Source: an uncultured Candidatus Saccharibacteria bacterium
GTDB taxonomy: Bacteria > Patescibacteriota > Saccharimonadia > Saccharimonadales > JACDBH01
Length of the DNA stretch: 64,000 bases
Assembly: GCA_964644965.1 (NCBI GenBank)
Contig: CAZXYN010000003.1
Coordinates: 35,742 to 99,741, forward strand
Direction of reading: 5' to 3'
The notes beneath the pieces are model-generated. The model made no database searches. It worked only from the letters and a program-made list of their open reading frames with translations, and had not been told where the DNA came from. A program made the translations under genes and the position numbers. Positions 37,501-44,564 of this stretch are shown one piece after another (position 1 is the first letter of the stretch; each line of letters begins with the position of its first letter).

Positions 37501-40170
37501 TCCGCCATTCATAATGTCGCCAGTTGCAGTCACACCACTAATACAGTCTTTCCATTCGCCGTCTTCATAACAGCGGAACTTACCAAGACTACTATTGTAG
37601 TACATTCCACCGTCTACACCTGTTGGATCACCAGAGTCTGCTTTGGTGTCAAGCACCAGAAGCTTGCCAGTGCCATTACCTATAGTAACTCCACCGCTGA
37701 GAGCAGTGTCACCTGTTACCTCTAGATTGCCGCTTATTGTGATAGTACCGCTTGCTTGGGTAATGATAGAGTCACCTATCTTGTTGCCCGCGCCAAATAC
37801 CGGGATGGTTCCGGGAGTGCTGTGGCCAATCCAGTTGATTTCTATGTAACCATCTCCAGTATGCTGGCCTTCATGTGCTCCACCTAATGGTATGAGCGAT
37901 GAGCCGCCGCCACCGCCGCCAGCACCGTTACAACCAGCGCCACAGGCACTACCACCGCCGCCGCCATAAACGCCGCCACCGCCACCGCCGCCTCTTCTTG
38001 GATTATTGTATCCACCGTTACCGCCCTGACCTAATGAGCCGGTGCCCCCACCAGCGCCAACAGTAGCTCCAGCCCCACCAGCCCCACCATTAGCACTAGC
38101 GGTGCCTGCTACTCCATTTGGATTACCTGCTGCACCACCGTTGCCCGGACCAGCACCACCAAAGCCGCCACCGCCACCACCGCCAGCGACGACTACACGA
38201 TTACCTAGTGCATTGGCGCCTTGACGTATATCAGTCGCACCGCCACCGCCACCGCCACTAGCACCAGGATTGCCTGAGTTACCACCACCATTCCAACCAC
38301 CGTTGCCATTTGGTGCAGTACCTCCGACATAAATATAGAGTGTTTCACCCGGTGTAACGGGTATTGTGGCGCTTACTATCGCACCTGCGCCACCAGCAGC
38401 ATCGCCTGCGCCACCAGAACCCCCTGCCGCTCTAATGCTTAGTTCCGTAATACCAGCAGGAACAACAAAGGTTTGCTGGGTACCGGTATAGCTAAAGCTC
38501 TGATTGCCACCTGAAGCGCTACCCCCCGTTAAGACCAATGCCCCCGAGGAATCAGGCAACTCGTACGTACGATCAGCCGTGATGCTGCTGGCCTGCAGTG
38601 TAGCTACAAACGCATTGGTAGCATTAAGCAGCTTGAGCATACCGTCTACAGTCTCTGATTCGCCAATGGTTAGGTTGCCGCCCTGGATGCGCATACCCTG
38701 GATAGATACTTCCTTATCTATATTGAGCCTATTACTAGAAGTATCATAGCTGATAGTAGCGTCATTGCCGTGTTCACCAATATGCAAACTGGATGAGCCT
38801 AAGTATAGATCGCGCCAGCGTATAGATGACGAACCTAAGTCATAAGTATTATCAGCACCGGGCAAGAAGTGACCATCTGTATCAAACAGCGCCCGTGTAA
38901 CCCCGTTTGTCTCAAAGTTCAGCGCATACTCGTCGTTCGTACCGATAGTAATAGCACCGCCATCAGTGTTTCCGCCGTTCATAATGTCACCAGTTGCAGT
39001 CACTCCACTGATACAGTCTTTCCAGCTGCCGCCTTCATAGCAGCGGAACTTACCAGCATTGGAGTTGTAGTACATGCCGCCGTTCTGGCCAGTTGGATCA
39101 CCGCTGTTGGTTTTGGTGTCGAGGACGAGCAGGCTGCCGGTAGTGTCGGAGGTACCGATACTAAGATTGCGGTTTATGTGGACTCCTGTCCAGTCAACCA
39201 TGAGCTCACCGCCGTTTGCAGCAATCTCTAGTTCATCATTGTCGTTATCGAAGACTATTCTGTTTGCGCCACTATTATCAAAGTATAGTTCTGATGAGCT
39301 TGATGCACCTGGGTTTAGGGTAATATTGACACCGCCGGTAGCATCACCAATCTGCAGATCTACGCCTGATAAGATTGAATTCGTGTTGATACCAACCCTT
39401 TCATTATCGCTATCAACAAGTAGAACCGTACTTGTTCCACCTGCGTCCTGGACCCTAAATGCAGTCGTCGAATTGTTTCGGATAGTCGTACTACCGTTAT
39501 TTGAAATCGTAAATACATCAGTGCCACTAGATTGCAGCTGCAACAAACCGCCAGCACCGGTTTGGTTAAGACGGATCGCAGAGTTGGCAGAGTTTATACC
39601 CTGCAAGGAGCCCGGAGCTGTTTGTACAAAATCATTGGTAGTAAAGTTGTTTGTTCCATCTGTCAGCGCACTTGCCTTGTCTGCCTGGAAGGCATGTGGC
39701 ACAGCCGTCAGCAGCAGTCTTGGGCTCATTTCGCCGTCCCAGCTTGGTGAGCCGGTTCCACCGATGTTCATACTCAGCCAGAGCTGCTCGCCCCACTGAA
39801 TCGTGCCCGGGAATGCAGAAACCGAGCCAAGACTTACAGTCATGTAGCCATTGGCAACCCGGACAGTGTTGCCGCCGGTTCGAGTCTCTGTCCAGAGACA
39901 GTTGGCATCACCACTGCAGCTACCTTGTGACGAGGTTCCAGAGGTAGACGCACTGTACAGTTTGAATTCCACATTGTAGTAGCCATCTGGCACGACAGCC
40001 CCAGAACCAGTCTTGAGCCGTGCCTGGAAGTTCAGGAAAGTACTTGGCGCAGCCGTGGCTGTAGGTGTTATTTGTCTCGAGATGCTTATGGCGGTAAGTA
40101 ATATCAAACCAAACACCAGCAACAGGGTGCGAAATACGGTACTTAACCGGTAGGTGTTATTTTTGGTCAT
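34567..40170 (-). CDS. Giant membrane-anchored mosaic fibre/adhesin-like protein
   Basis: 1,867 aa. N-terminal anchor TVFRTLLLVFGLILLTAISI. It carries three copies of a two-Cys module, a Gly-rich domain (~aa 556-781, nt 37828-38505), Ser/Ala/Gly-rich YadA-head-like repeats (~aa 941-1100, nt 36871-37350), and beta-helix-like TTAFRVQN segments. It lies 41 nt upstream of the Kelch gene. Confidence 0.85.
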   Translation of the reverse strand: MTKNNTYRLSTVFRTLLLVFGLILLTAISISRQITPTATAAPSTFLNFQARLKTGSGAVVPDGYYNVEFKLYSASTSGTSSQGSCSGDANCLWTETRTGGNTVRVANGYMTVSLGSVSAFPGTIQWGEQLWLSMNIGGTGSPSWDGEMSPRLLLTAVPHAFQADKASALTDGTNNFTTNDFVQTAPGSLQGINSANSAIRLNQTGAGGLLQLQSSGTDVFTISNNGSTTIRNNSTTAFRVQDAGGTSTVLLVDSDNERVGINTNSILSGVDLQIGDATGGVNITLNPGASSSSELYFDNSGANRIVFDNDNDELEIAANGGELMVDWTGVHINRNLSIGTSDTTGSLLVLDTKTNSGDPTGQNGGMYYNSNAGKFRCYEGGSWKDCISGVTATGDIMNGGNTDGGAITIGTNDEYALNFETNGVTRALFDTDGHFLPGADNTYDLGSSSIRWRDLYLGSSSLHIGEHGNDATISYDTSSNRLNIDKEVSIQGMRIQGGNLTIGESETVDGMLKLLNATNAFVATLQASSITADRTYELPDSSGALVLTGGSASGGNQSFSYTGTQQTFVVPAGITELSIRAAGGSGGAGDAAGGAGAIVSATIPVTPGETLYIYVGGTAPNGNGGWNGGGNSGNPGASGGGGGGATDIRQGANALGNRVVVAGGGGGGGFGGAGPGNGGAAGNPNGVAGTASANGGAGGAGATVGAGGGTGSLGQGGNGGYNNPRRGGGGGGGVYGGGGGSACGAGCNGAGGGGGGSSLIPLGGAHEGQHTGDGYIEINWIGHSTPGTIPVFGAGNKIGDSIITQASGTITISGNLEVTGDTALSGGVTIGNGTGKLLVLDTKADSGDPTGVDGGMYYNSSLGKFRCYEDGEWKDCISGVTATGDIMNGGNTDGGAITIGTNDNYALNLETNNTTYFTLTTAGVLQGSNGASISVPGTGTNSEQFGAGANASNTNTLAIGYSATASGFNATAIGTNADANGDSSVVIGSGASASSSGIALGVGALVSSSGGIAIGSSTSASNSNTILIGNSASASSSNSVVIGSSSTGGFHSTVLGQSAAAGNYSTALGRSASASNLYSVALGYGATTTGNNQLVIGSSTAAINNAYFGNGVTNAAPANFTLNATGGSGTDIQGANLTLAGGRGTGSAAGGDILFQTSNAGATGATLRNLSTKMIIQGSTGNVGIGTTTTGARLHVDAVSGTTIGLIVNSGTSTGNILQLQDNGTGVMTVADGGGALFQNTTNSTTAFRVQNSSSISLFTIDTTNNRLVVGESDTTGTLLVLDTKTNSGDPTGTNGAMYYNSSLGKFRCYEGGEWKDCIYSPPEIEGPGEINRTSRVEAASSDSHGTGSFNAGSTFTPEAGTVLIAQVLVAVNSGGGTPAAGATDLTIAGGSLSWQPIGGVRFVQDWDLAYRSFYAVVGDSPPSNMQIVADAGSLNIYKYQISVSEFSGVDQDTPVDGFVSGTFSGTKSGSETVGATPNEADWVILAIGEDHDGGGSDLAVPSGWSSMFTSCCGVDSEIYFRTGTTSTDLEFNVSNSYGHGSSMWGGFVLKAGGGSGDPGTGVTTVATFSGSSQTNGATISGNTITFGPADETNPGMVSTSAQTLAGAKTFTGAALFGNASDTTTAFRIQNSSDDTLLNVDTTTDTITITATLDVDGDLTVTGDLTVDTELIVGDVTNGIRLTAGSPIEFFGTSRPTKRVTFTPEYMGATITADGSSNLGTMTSDFCSGSSKRNINNTICGATEEFSYYGWTTSQGTAQDYDIYIRYQVPSDFDGMVSDTTLGMYGWRTTGSDSVELAVFEEDGTQCGSTTNSSTTNTTWTFTQLTGNESSCTIAAGDIITFRVKVTATNGNFARAGDITFQYFAKF
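36214..36336 (-). repeat. Two-cysteine module, copy 3 (aa 1279-1319)
   Basis: LLVLDTKTNSGDPTGTNGAMYYNSSLGKFRCYEGGEWKDCI. Confidence 0.85.
37540..37662 (-). repeat. Two-cysteine module, copy 2 (aa 837-877)
   Basis: LLVLDTKADSGDPTGVDGGMYYNSSLGKFRCYEDGEWKDCI. As in copy 1, it is followed by the near-identical SGVTATGDIMNGGNTDGGAITIGTND. Confidence 0.85.
39010..39132 (-). repeat. Two-cysteine module, copy 1 (aa 347-387 of the 1,867-aa protein)
   Basis: LLVLDTKTNSGDPTGQNGGMYYNSNAGKFRCYEGGSWKDCI. Confidence 0.85.
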
Positions 40171-40259
40171 TTGGTTTTGGTTTGATTTTGTTTTGCCTGT
40201 TTGTTTTGTTTAGGCACTACTAAGTATGTCGCTTACACCTAACTACCTCAATAAAGTAA

Positions 40260-40287
40260 ATTATATTTTTTGTTCAGATATCCACAA
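40260..40287 (-). promoter_or_regulatory. Candidate promoter of the giant-gene operon
   Basis: Minus strand reads TTGTGG (40287-40282), a 16-nt spacer, then TATAAT (40265-40260). This predicts a ~85-nt leader ending in an A/C-rich tract without an SD. Confidence 0.35.
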
Positions 40288-40617
40288 GTGATTAGGGCCT
40301 TAAAATACCTAAAATAAGTAGTTATATTTACAACCTTTGGCTTTAAAATTTTTGTACCCTGTCCTTGCGATACGCTATAAAACTATATATTTTAAAGCCA
40401 AAACAAGAGTAAATTTTAACAGATGAAAATCATTACTTTACAAACAGCACAAAAGGAGTAAGCTTTGCGCATAAATGTACGTGATAATTTTTTATTCATT
40501 AGCATTTTATGTAATATTTATCACAATTAGTTAAATTAAATCATAGTGTTTTACACAACACTAGCGAGGTGCTGCACAATCTTGTCCACAGGCACCTTTT
40601 TAATATCTGCTGAAATT

Positions 40618-40647
40618 AAAAAACTCCCTCTATTTAGACAGGAGCTT
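40618..40647 (-). terminator. Probable intrinsic terminator after rplU
   Basis: Minus strand reads GCTCCTGTCT-AAAT-AGAGGGAG (8 bp with one bulge) followed by TTTTTT. Confidence 0.5.
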
Positions 40648-40670
40648 TGTTCTAATTTATGCCTAGTTAC

Positions 40671-40973
40671 TTAGGCTATTTTCTTGATCTTGATCTGGGT
40701 GTAGCTTTGTTTGTGGCCGTGAATCTTATTGACACGCTTTTTAGCCTTGTAGCGAATGGCTGTTACCTTTTCGCCGCGTACTGTGCCAATAACATCGGCT
40801 GTTACCTTGGCACCGGTCACAATTGGGGTGCCTACTGTAGTCTTGTCGCCATCAATTACTAGAAGCGGCTCAAAAGATACGGTTTTTTCGGCTTTAATAA
40901 GCTCAACATCAAGCACATCGCCTTCTGTGACGACGTATTGGTGTCCACCGGTTGTAATGACTGCTTTTTTCAT
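40671..40973 (-). CDS. rplU: 50S ribosomal protein L21
   Basis: 100 aa. MKKAVITTGGHQYVVTEGDVLDVE... is a typical bL21 sequence. Confidence 0.96.
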   Translation of the reverse strand: MKKAVITTGGHQYVVTEGDVLDVELIKAEKTVSFEPLLVIDGDKTTVGTPIVTGAKVTADVIGTVRGEKVTAIRYKAKKRVNKIHGHKQSYTQIKIKKIA

Positions 40974-41009
40974 TGACTACTTTCTTAAACTTTTTGAAGT
41001 TACCAAACG

Positions 41010-41038
41010 AGTTTAACAGATGTAGCCCAAAAATGCAA
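41010..41038 (-). promoter_or_regulatory. Candidate rplU promoter
   Basis: Minus strand reads TTGCAT (41038-41033), a 17-nt spacer, then TAAACT (41015-41010). Confidence 0.45.
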
Positions 41039-41098
41039 GATAAATAACAGATAGGGAACTAGAGGTTCTCGAGCGGGATACCAGTTTTTTCGGACACC

Positions 41099-41308
41099 TT
41101 ACGCGCCCAGATAAGGAGTTTTTCGTACTGAACTGTCACGGGCAGCCTGCTCTGATTCGTATCTGTCCAGCCGCGCAATAAAATTATCAACGGTGTTTGT
41201 TAGCCTTTCTACACTGTTTTTTGTCGCGAGTGTATCCATGCGCTTTTCGATGGTATCAAAGCGACCTTCCATGTATTTGAACAGTTTAGTGAATTGATCT
41301 TCGCTCAT
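41099..41308 (-). CDS. Small coiled-coil hypothetical protein (69 aa)
   Basis: Starts at MSEDQFTKLFKYMEGRFDTIEKRMDTL (ATG 41308), 8 nt after the ileS stop. The longer track ORF (to 41413) overlaps ileS. No clear SD. Confidence 0.4.
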   Translation of the reverse strand: MSEDQFTKLFKYMEGRFDTIEKRMDTLATKNSVERLTNTVDNFIARLDRYESEQAARDSSVRKTPYLGA

Positions 41309-41315
41309 AGTGCGC

Positions 41316-44255
41316 TTATTGTAACACCTGCTCTGCTGCCTTTTCCAATTCAATGTGCAGCTTCTTACCTTCGATAACTGCCTCTGTAGCGTGAGGCAGA
41401 TCCCTCGACGCATCTAGAAGCTCTACAGCAAGCGTTTCGGCGCAAATTGTGCCTGAGTGCTCTTCTATAGCTTTCTTAAGCTCTGGGTCATCTGTTACAA
41501 GAACCAGTTGGATCCTATCATCAACCTGTAAATCTGCTTGCTTGCGGGCATTTTGCACGTTCCTGACAGTCTCTCGCATTAGTCCCTCGCGTTTGAGCTC
41601 CGAAGTAATTTTTGTGTCAAGAGATACGGCATGTTCACCGCCTTGAGCATTAAACTTAACCGACTTCACATTTAGCTCTTCTTTGAGAATCGCCTCATAT
41701 TCTGCTTCCATCTCATCTAAGTACTGCGGCCCACCCTCTATCTGAAGACTGCTGAGTGGCTGACGCACCTTGATACCAGCTGCTGCCCGCTGGCTAAGAC
41801 CTTCGTTAATGACGTCGCGTATATAGCCCATCTTATCTATCGACAACTCGTTTACATGCCCGGCAGGCAACCAATCCTTGAGATGGACTGATTCTTTGTC
41901 GCCTGTAAGCTTGCTGTAAAGCTCCTCGGCTAGGAACGGTGTAAATGGCGCCAGAACGTAAGCCAGACGCACAAGAACGTAGTGCAGCGTGCGGTAAGCC
42001 ATCTGTTTATCGCCATCGTCCTCGCTCTTCCAGAAACGGCGGCGAGATCTACGCACATACCAGTTACTAGCGTCATCCAGGAACGGCAAGATTGGGCTAA
42101 CCGCGTCTGGAATATTGTAGCCGTCCATATGTTTTTCTACCTCACCAACCAGCTGATGTAGCCGCGAAATAATCCATGTGTCTAGCGGATTACCCAAACT
42201 TGTAAACTCCCCATCTGTAAAAGGCCAGGCCTTTTTATTTTCTATCGGGTCTATGAGGTTGCCATCGTATTCCCAATCATCGGCCTCTGCATAGAGCGTG
42301 AAGAAATCATACATGTTCCAAACCATACTAAGTTTGCGCGCCACATCGCCGACTTCCTTGTCCTGTAGCGCAAAATCTTCGCCATTGAGCAGAGGGCTCG
42401 AAAGCAGTAAAAATCGCAGGCTATCAGCCGAGAATTTGTCCATGAGCTCGTTCGGGTCGGTGTAGTTGCCGTAGCTTTTGCTCATCTTGCGGCCGTCGTT
42501 ACCGGCAACATTGCCAGTCACAATTACATTCTTGAAGCTATTCTCACCAAATAGCGCCACGCTCATAGCGTGCATGTAGTAAAACCACGCTCGCACCTGA
42601 CCGATGTATTCTACGATGAAATCACCAGGGAAATTTTCCTCGAACTTTTCTTTGTTCTCGAATGGGTAATGGAATTGAGCGAACGGCATTGAACCTGCCT
42701 CAAACCAACTGTCGATGACTTTGTCAATACGGGTGTACTCTTCATTATCGATGGTAAATTTGACGTCATCAACCCACGGGCGGTGATAATCGGGCAGCTC
42801 TACTCCGCTGAGTTGCTTGAGCTCGGCATAGCTTCCCACTACCTTCACCTTGCCCGATTCAGATTTCCAAACAGGCATAGCCGTCGCCCAGAAACGATCG
42901 CGGCTTATATTCCAATCTGGAGCTTGTTCAATAGTTTTGGCAAAACGACCGTTTTTTACATGGCTAGGAAACCATTCTATATCGCCATTCTGTCGCAGCA
43001 TCTGCTCGCGCTGGCTATCAATATCCATAAACCAGCTAGGGTGCGCACGGTACATAAGCCGCGTACCACAGCGGTGACAGTGCGGGTAACTATGACGATA
43101 GTAATCTATCTTCCAGACAATTCCTTTCTCTTTGAGGGCCTTGGCGATAGGCTTGTTGGCTTCCCAGACGTTTTGGCTTTGCCATTCACCCTCTGTGTAG
43201 TAGCCGTTTTCGTCAATCACATGCACGACGGGTATTTTCTTTTCCTGCGCCAATGCAAAATCTTCTTCACCGTAGGCTGGTGCCAGATGTACAATTCCGG
43301 TTCCGCTGTCTGTTGACACATAGTCCGCATGCCAAACTTTGTGAGCGTTTTCACCGCGATTTTCACCCAACAGTGGCTGATACGACAGGCCAACTAAGTC
43401 ACTACCTTTGAGTTCATTCAGTACTTCATAATAAAGCAGCTCGTGCTTTTCATTTGTCAGGACTTTTTCTACTAGATCCTTAGCTAGAATGAATGTTTCA
43501 TCAGCCACCGACACTTCCACATAATCTATGTCGTTATGTACTGCTACCGCAGTGTTTGCCGGCAAAGTCCATGGCGTCGTAGTCCAGGCTAGCAGGCTGC
43601 GACCGTCTTCTAGTCTGAACTTTGTATATACACTTGGGTCGGTCACATCCTGGTAGGCACCGGCGTCCATAGTGACTTCTGCCTTTGATAGCGGCGTGGC
43701 ATCGAGCGTACAGTACATCAGTACCTTTTCGCCCTCGTAGATCTTGCCCTTTTCGTGCAAGGTTTTGAATGCCCACCAGATAGATTCCATATAATCACGG
43801 TCCATGGTCTTGTAAGCGCCCCGGAAATCAACCCAGCGGCCGATACGATCAACCACGTCTTCCCACTCACTACTGGTCTGCACCATGTTGTTACGGCACG
43901 CGATGATGTATTTTTCTATTCCGTATTCTATGACTTCTTCCCGCGAGCTAAGACCAAGCTTTGTCTCTGTATAGCGTTCTGCTGGCAGGCCATGACAATC
44001 CCAACCCCAGACACGCTCTACCCGCTTGCCTTTCATCGTCTGGTAGCGCGGCACCGCGTCCTTTACGATAGAGCTCAGTAGTGTACCGTGGTGTGGCACA
44101 CCAGAAATAAACGGCGGCCCATCGTAGAATACATAGCTATTCTCGGCCGAGCGGTTCTCGACTGATTTTTCGAATGTCTTGTCTTGTTTCCAACGCTGCA
44201 CCCAGTCTTTTTCGTATTCTATGGCACGGCGTCTGGTATTTGCCCTAAACTTCAC
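41316..44255 (-). CDS. ileS: Isoleucyl-tRNA synthetase (type 2-like)
   Basis: HIGH-region variant PHHGTLLS and KMSKS (RKMSKSYGN). I place the start at GTG 44255 (VKFRANT...), preceded by AAAGGAG (44270-44264). The track ATG at 44327 lies inside the T-box sequence (see the next feature). Confidence 0.95.
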   Translation of the reverse strand: MKFRANTRRRAIEYEKDWVQRWKQDKTFEKSVENRSAENSYVFYDGPPFISGVPHHGTLLSSIVKDAVPRYQTMKGKRVERVWGWDCHGLPAERYTETKLGLSSREEVIEYGIEKYIIACRNNMVQTSSEWEDVVDRIGRWVDFRGAYKTMDRDYMESIWWAFKTLHEKGKIYEGEKVLMYCTLDATPLSKAEVTMDAGAYQDVTDPSVYTKFRLEDGRSLLAWTTTPWTLPANTAVAVHNDIDYVEVSVADETFILAKDLVEKVLTNEKHELLYYEVLNELKGSDLVGLSYQPLLGENRGENAHKVWHADYVSTDSGTGIVHLAPAYGEEDFALAQEKKIPVVHVIDENGYYTEGEWQSQNVWEANKPIAKALKEKGIVWKIDYYRHSYPHCHRCGTRLMYRAHPSWFMDIDSQREQMLRQNGDIEWFPSHVKNGRFAKTIEQAPDWNISRDRFWATAMPVWKSESGKVKVVGSYAELKQLSGVELPDYHRPWVDDVKFTIDNEEYTRIDKVIDSWFEAGSMPFAQFHYPFENKEKFEENFPGDFIVEYIGQVRAWFYYMHAMSVALFGENSFKNVIVTGNVAGNDGRKMSKSYGNYTDPNELMDKFSADSLRFLLLSSPLLNGEDFALQDKEVGDVARKLSMVWNMYDFFTLYAEADDWEYDGNLIDPIENKKAWPFTDGEFTSLGNPLDTWIISRLHQLVGEVEKHMDGYNIPDAVSPILPFLDDASNWYVRRSRRRFWKSEDDGDKQMAYRTLHYVLVRLAYVLAPFTPFLAEELYSKLTGDKESVHLKDWLPAGHVNELSIDKMGYIRDVINEGLSQRAAAGIKVRQPLSSLQIEGGPQYLDEMEAEYEAILKEELNVKSVKFNAQGGEHAVSLDTKITSELKREGLMRETVRNVQNARKQADLQVDDRIQLVLVTDDPELKKAIEEHSGTICAETLAVELLDASRDLPHATEAVIEGKKLHIELEKAAEQVLQ

Positions 44256-44479
44256 TGTGTTTTCTCCTTTGAAAAACAAAAATCCCTTTTTAGCGACTGG
44301 AACTCCCTGTTCAGCGAGCGATACCATCCAGTTTCCAAAAAGAGATTCCTTTTTAGCACTTATTTTGCCTGGTTACGGAGGCTCCGGCGGGTTCTAGTTG
44401 GGTATTAGCCCTTTCTTCCTGCTCCTCGTGGTTGATAGCCACTCTTCGCTATACAGATAGTCTATACAGCGAACGGATT
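44256..44479 (-). promoter_or_regulatory. T-box leader (Ile specifier) upstream of ileS
   Basis: The minus strand carries three elements. (a) Hairpin GUGG-CUAUCAA-CCAC presents AUC+A (AUC at 44436-44434). (b) T-box-like AACUGGAUGGUAUCGC has UGGU at 44326-44323. (c) An antiterminator-type fold has helix CUGGA/UCCAG enclosing the 7-nt bulge UGGUAUC and inner helix GCUC/GAGU. These are followed by a U-rich tract and the SD. Confidence 0.7.
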
Positions 44480-44485
44480 AGTTAA

Positions 44486-44514
44486 AGTTTATCTCTGTTA
44501 CCAAAAAAACACAA
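44486..44514 (-). promoter_or_regulatory. Candidate promoter of the ileS T-box leader
   Basis: Minus strand reads TTGTGT (44514-44509), a 17-nt spacer, then TAAACT (44491-44486). Confidence 0.45.
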
Positions 44515-44564
44515 CCCCATAAAAATCTCTACAAAAATGGTCCGGCCGGACGTATAATGTAGAT

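Noticed and set aside
34961-39799. Many + strand ORFs (for example 34961..35554, 39074..39799, 38042..38224) antisense to the 1,867-aa gene
   Set aside because: They arise from Gly/Ser/Thr/Ala codon runs that lack stops on the opposite strand. They have Pro/Ala/Val-rich nonsense compositions and no start context.
44256-44327. The ATG at 44327 as the ileS start
   Set aside because: The ATG is part of the T-box GGAUGGUA. The downstream GTG with an SD gives an N-terminus that fits IleRS better.
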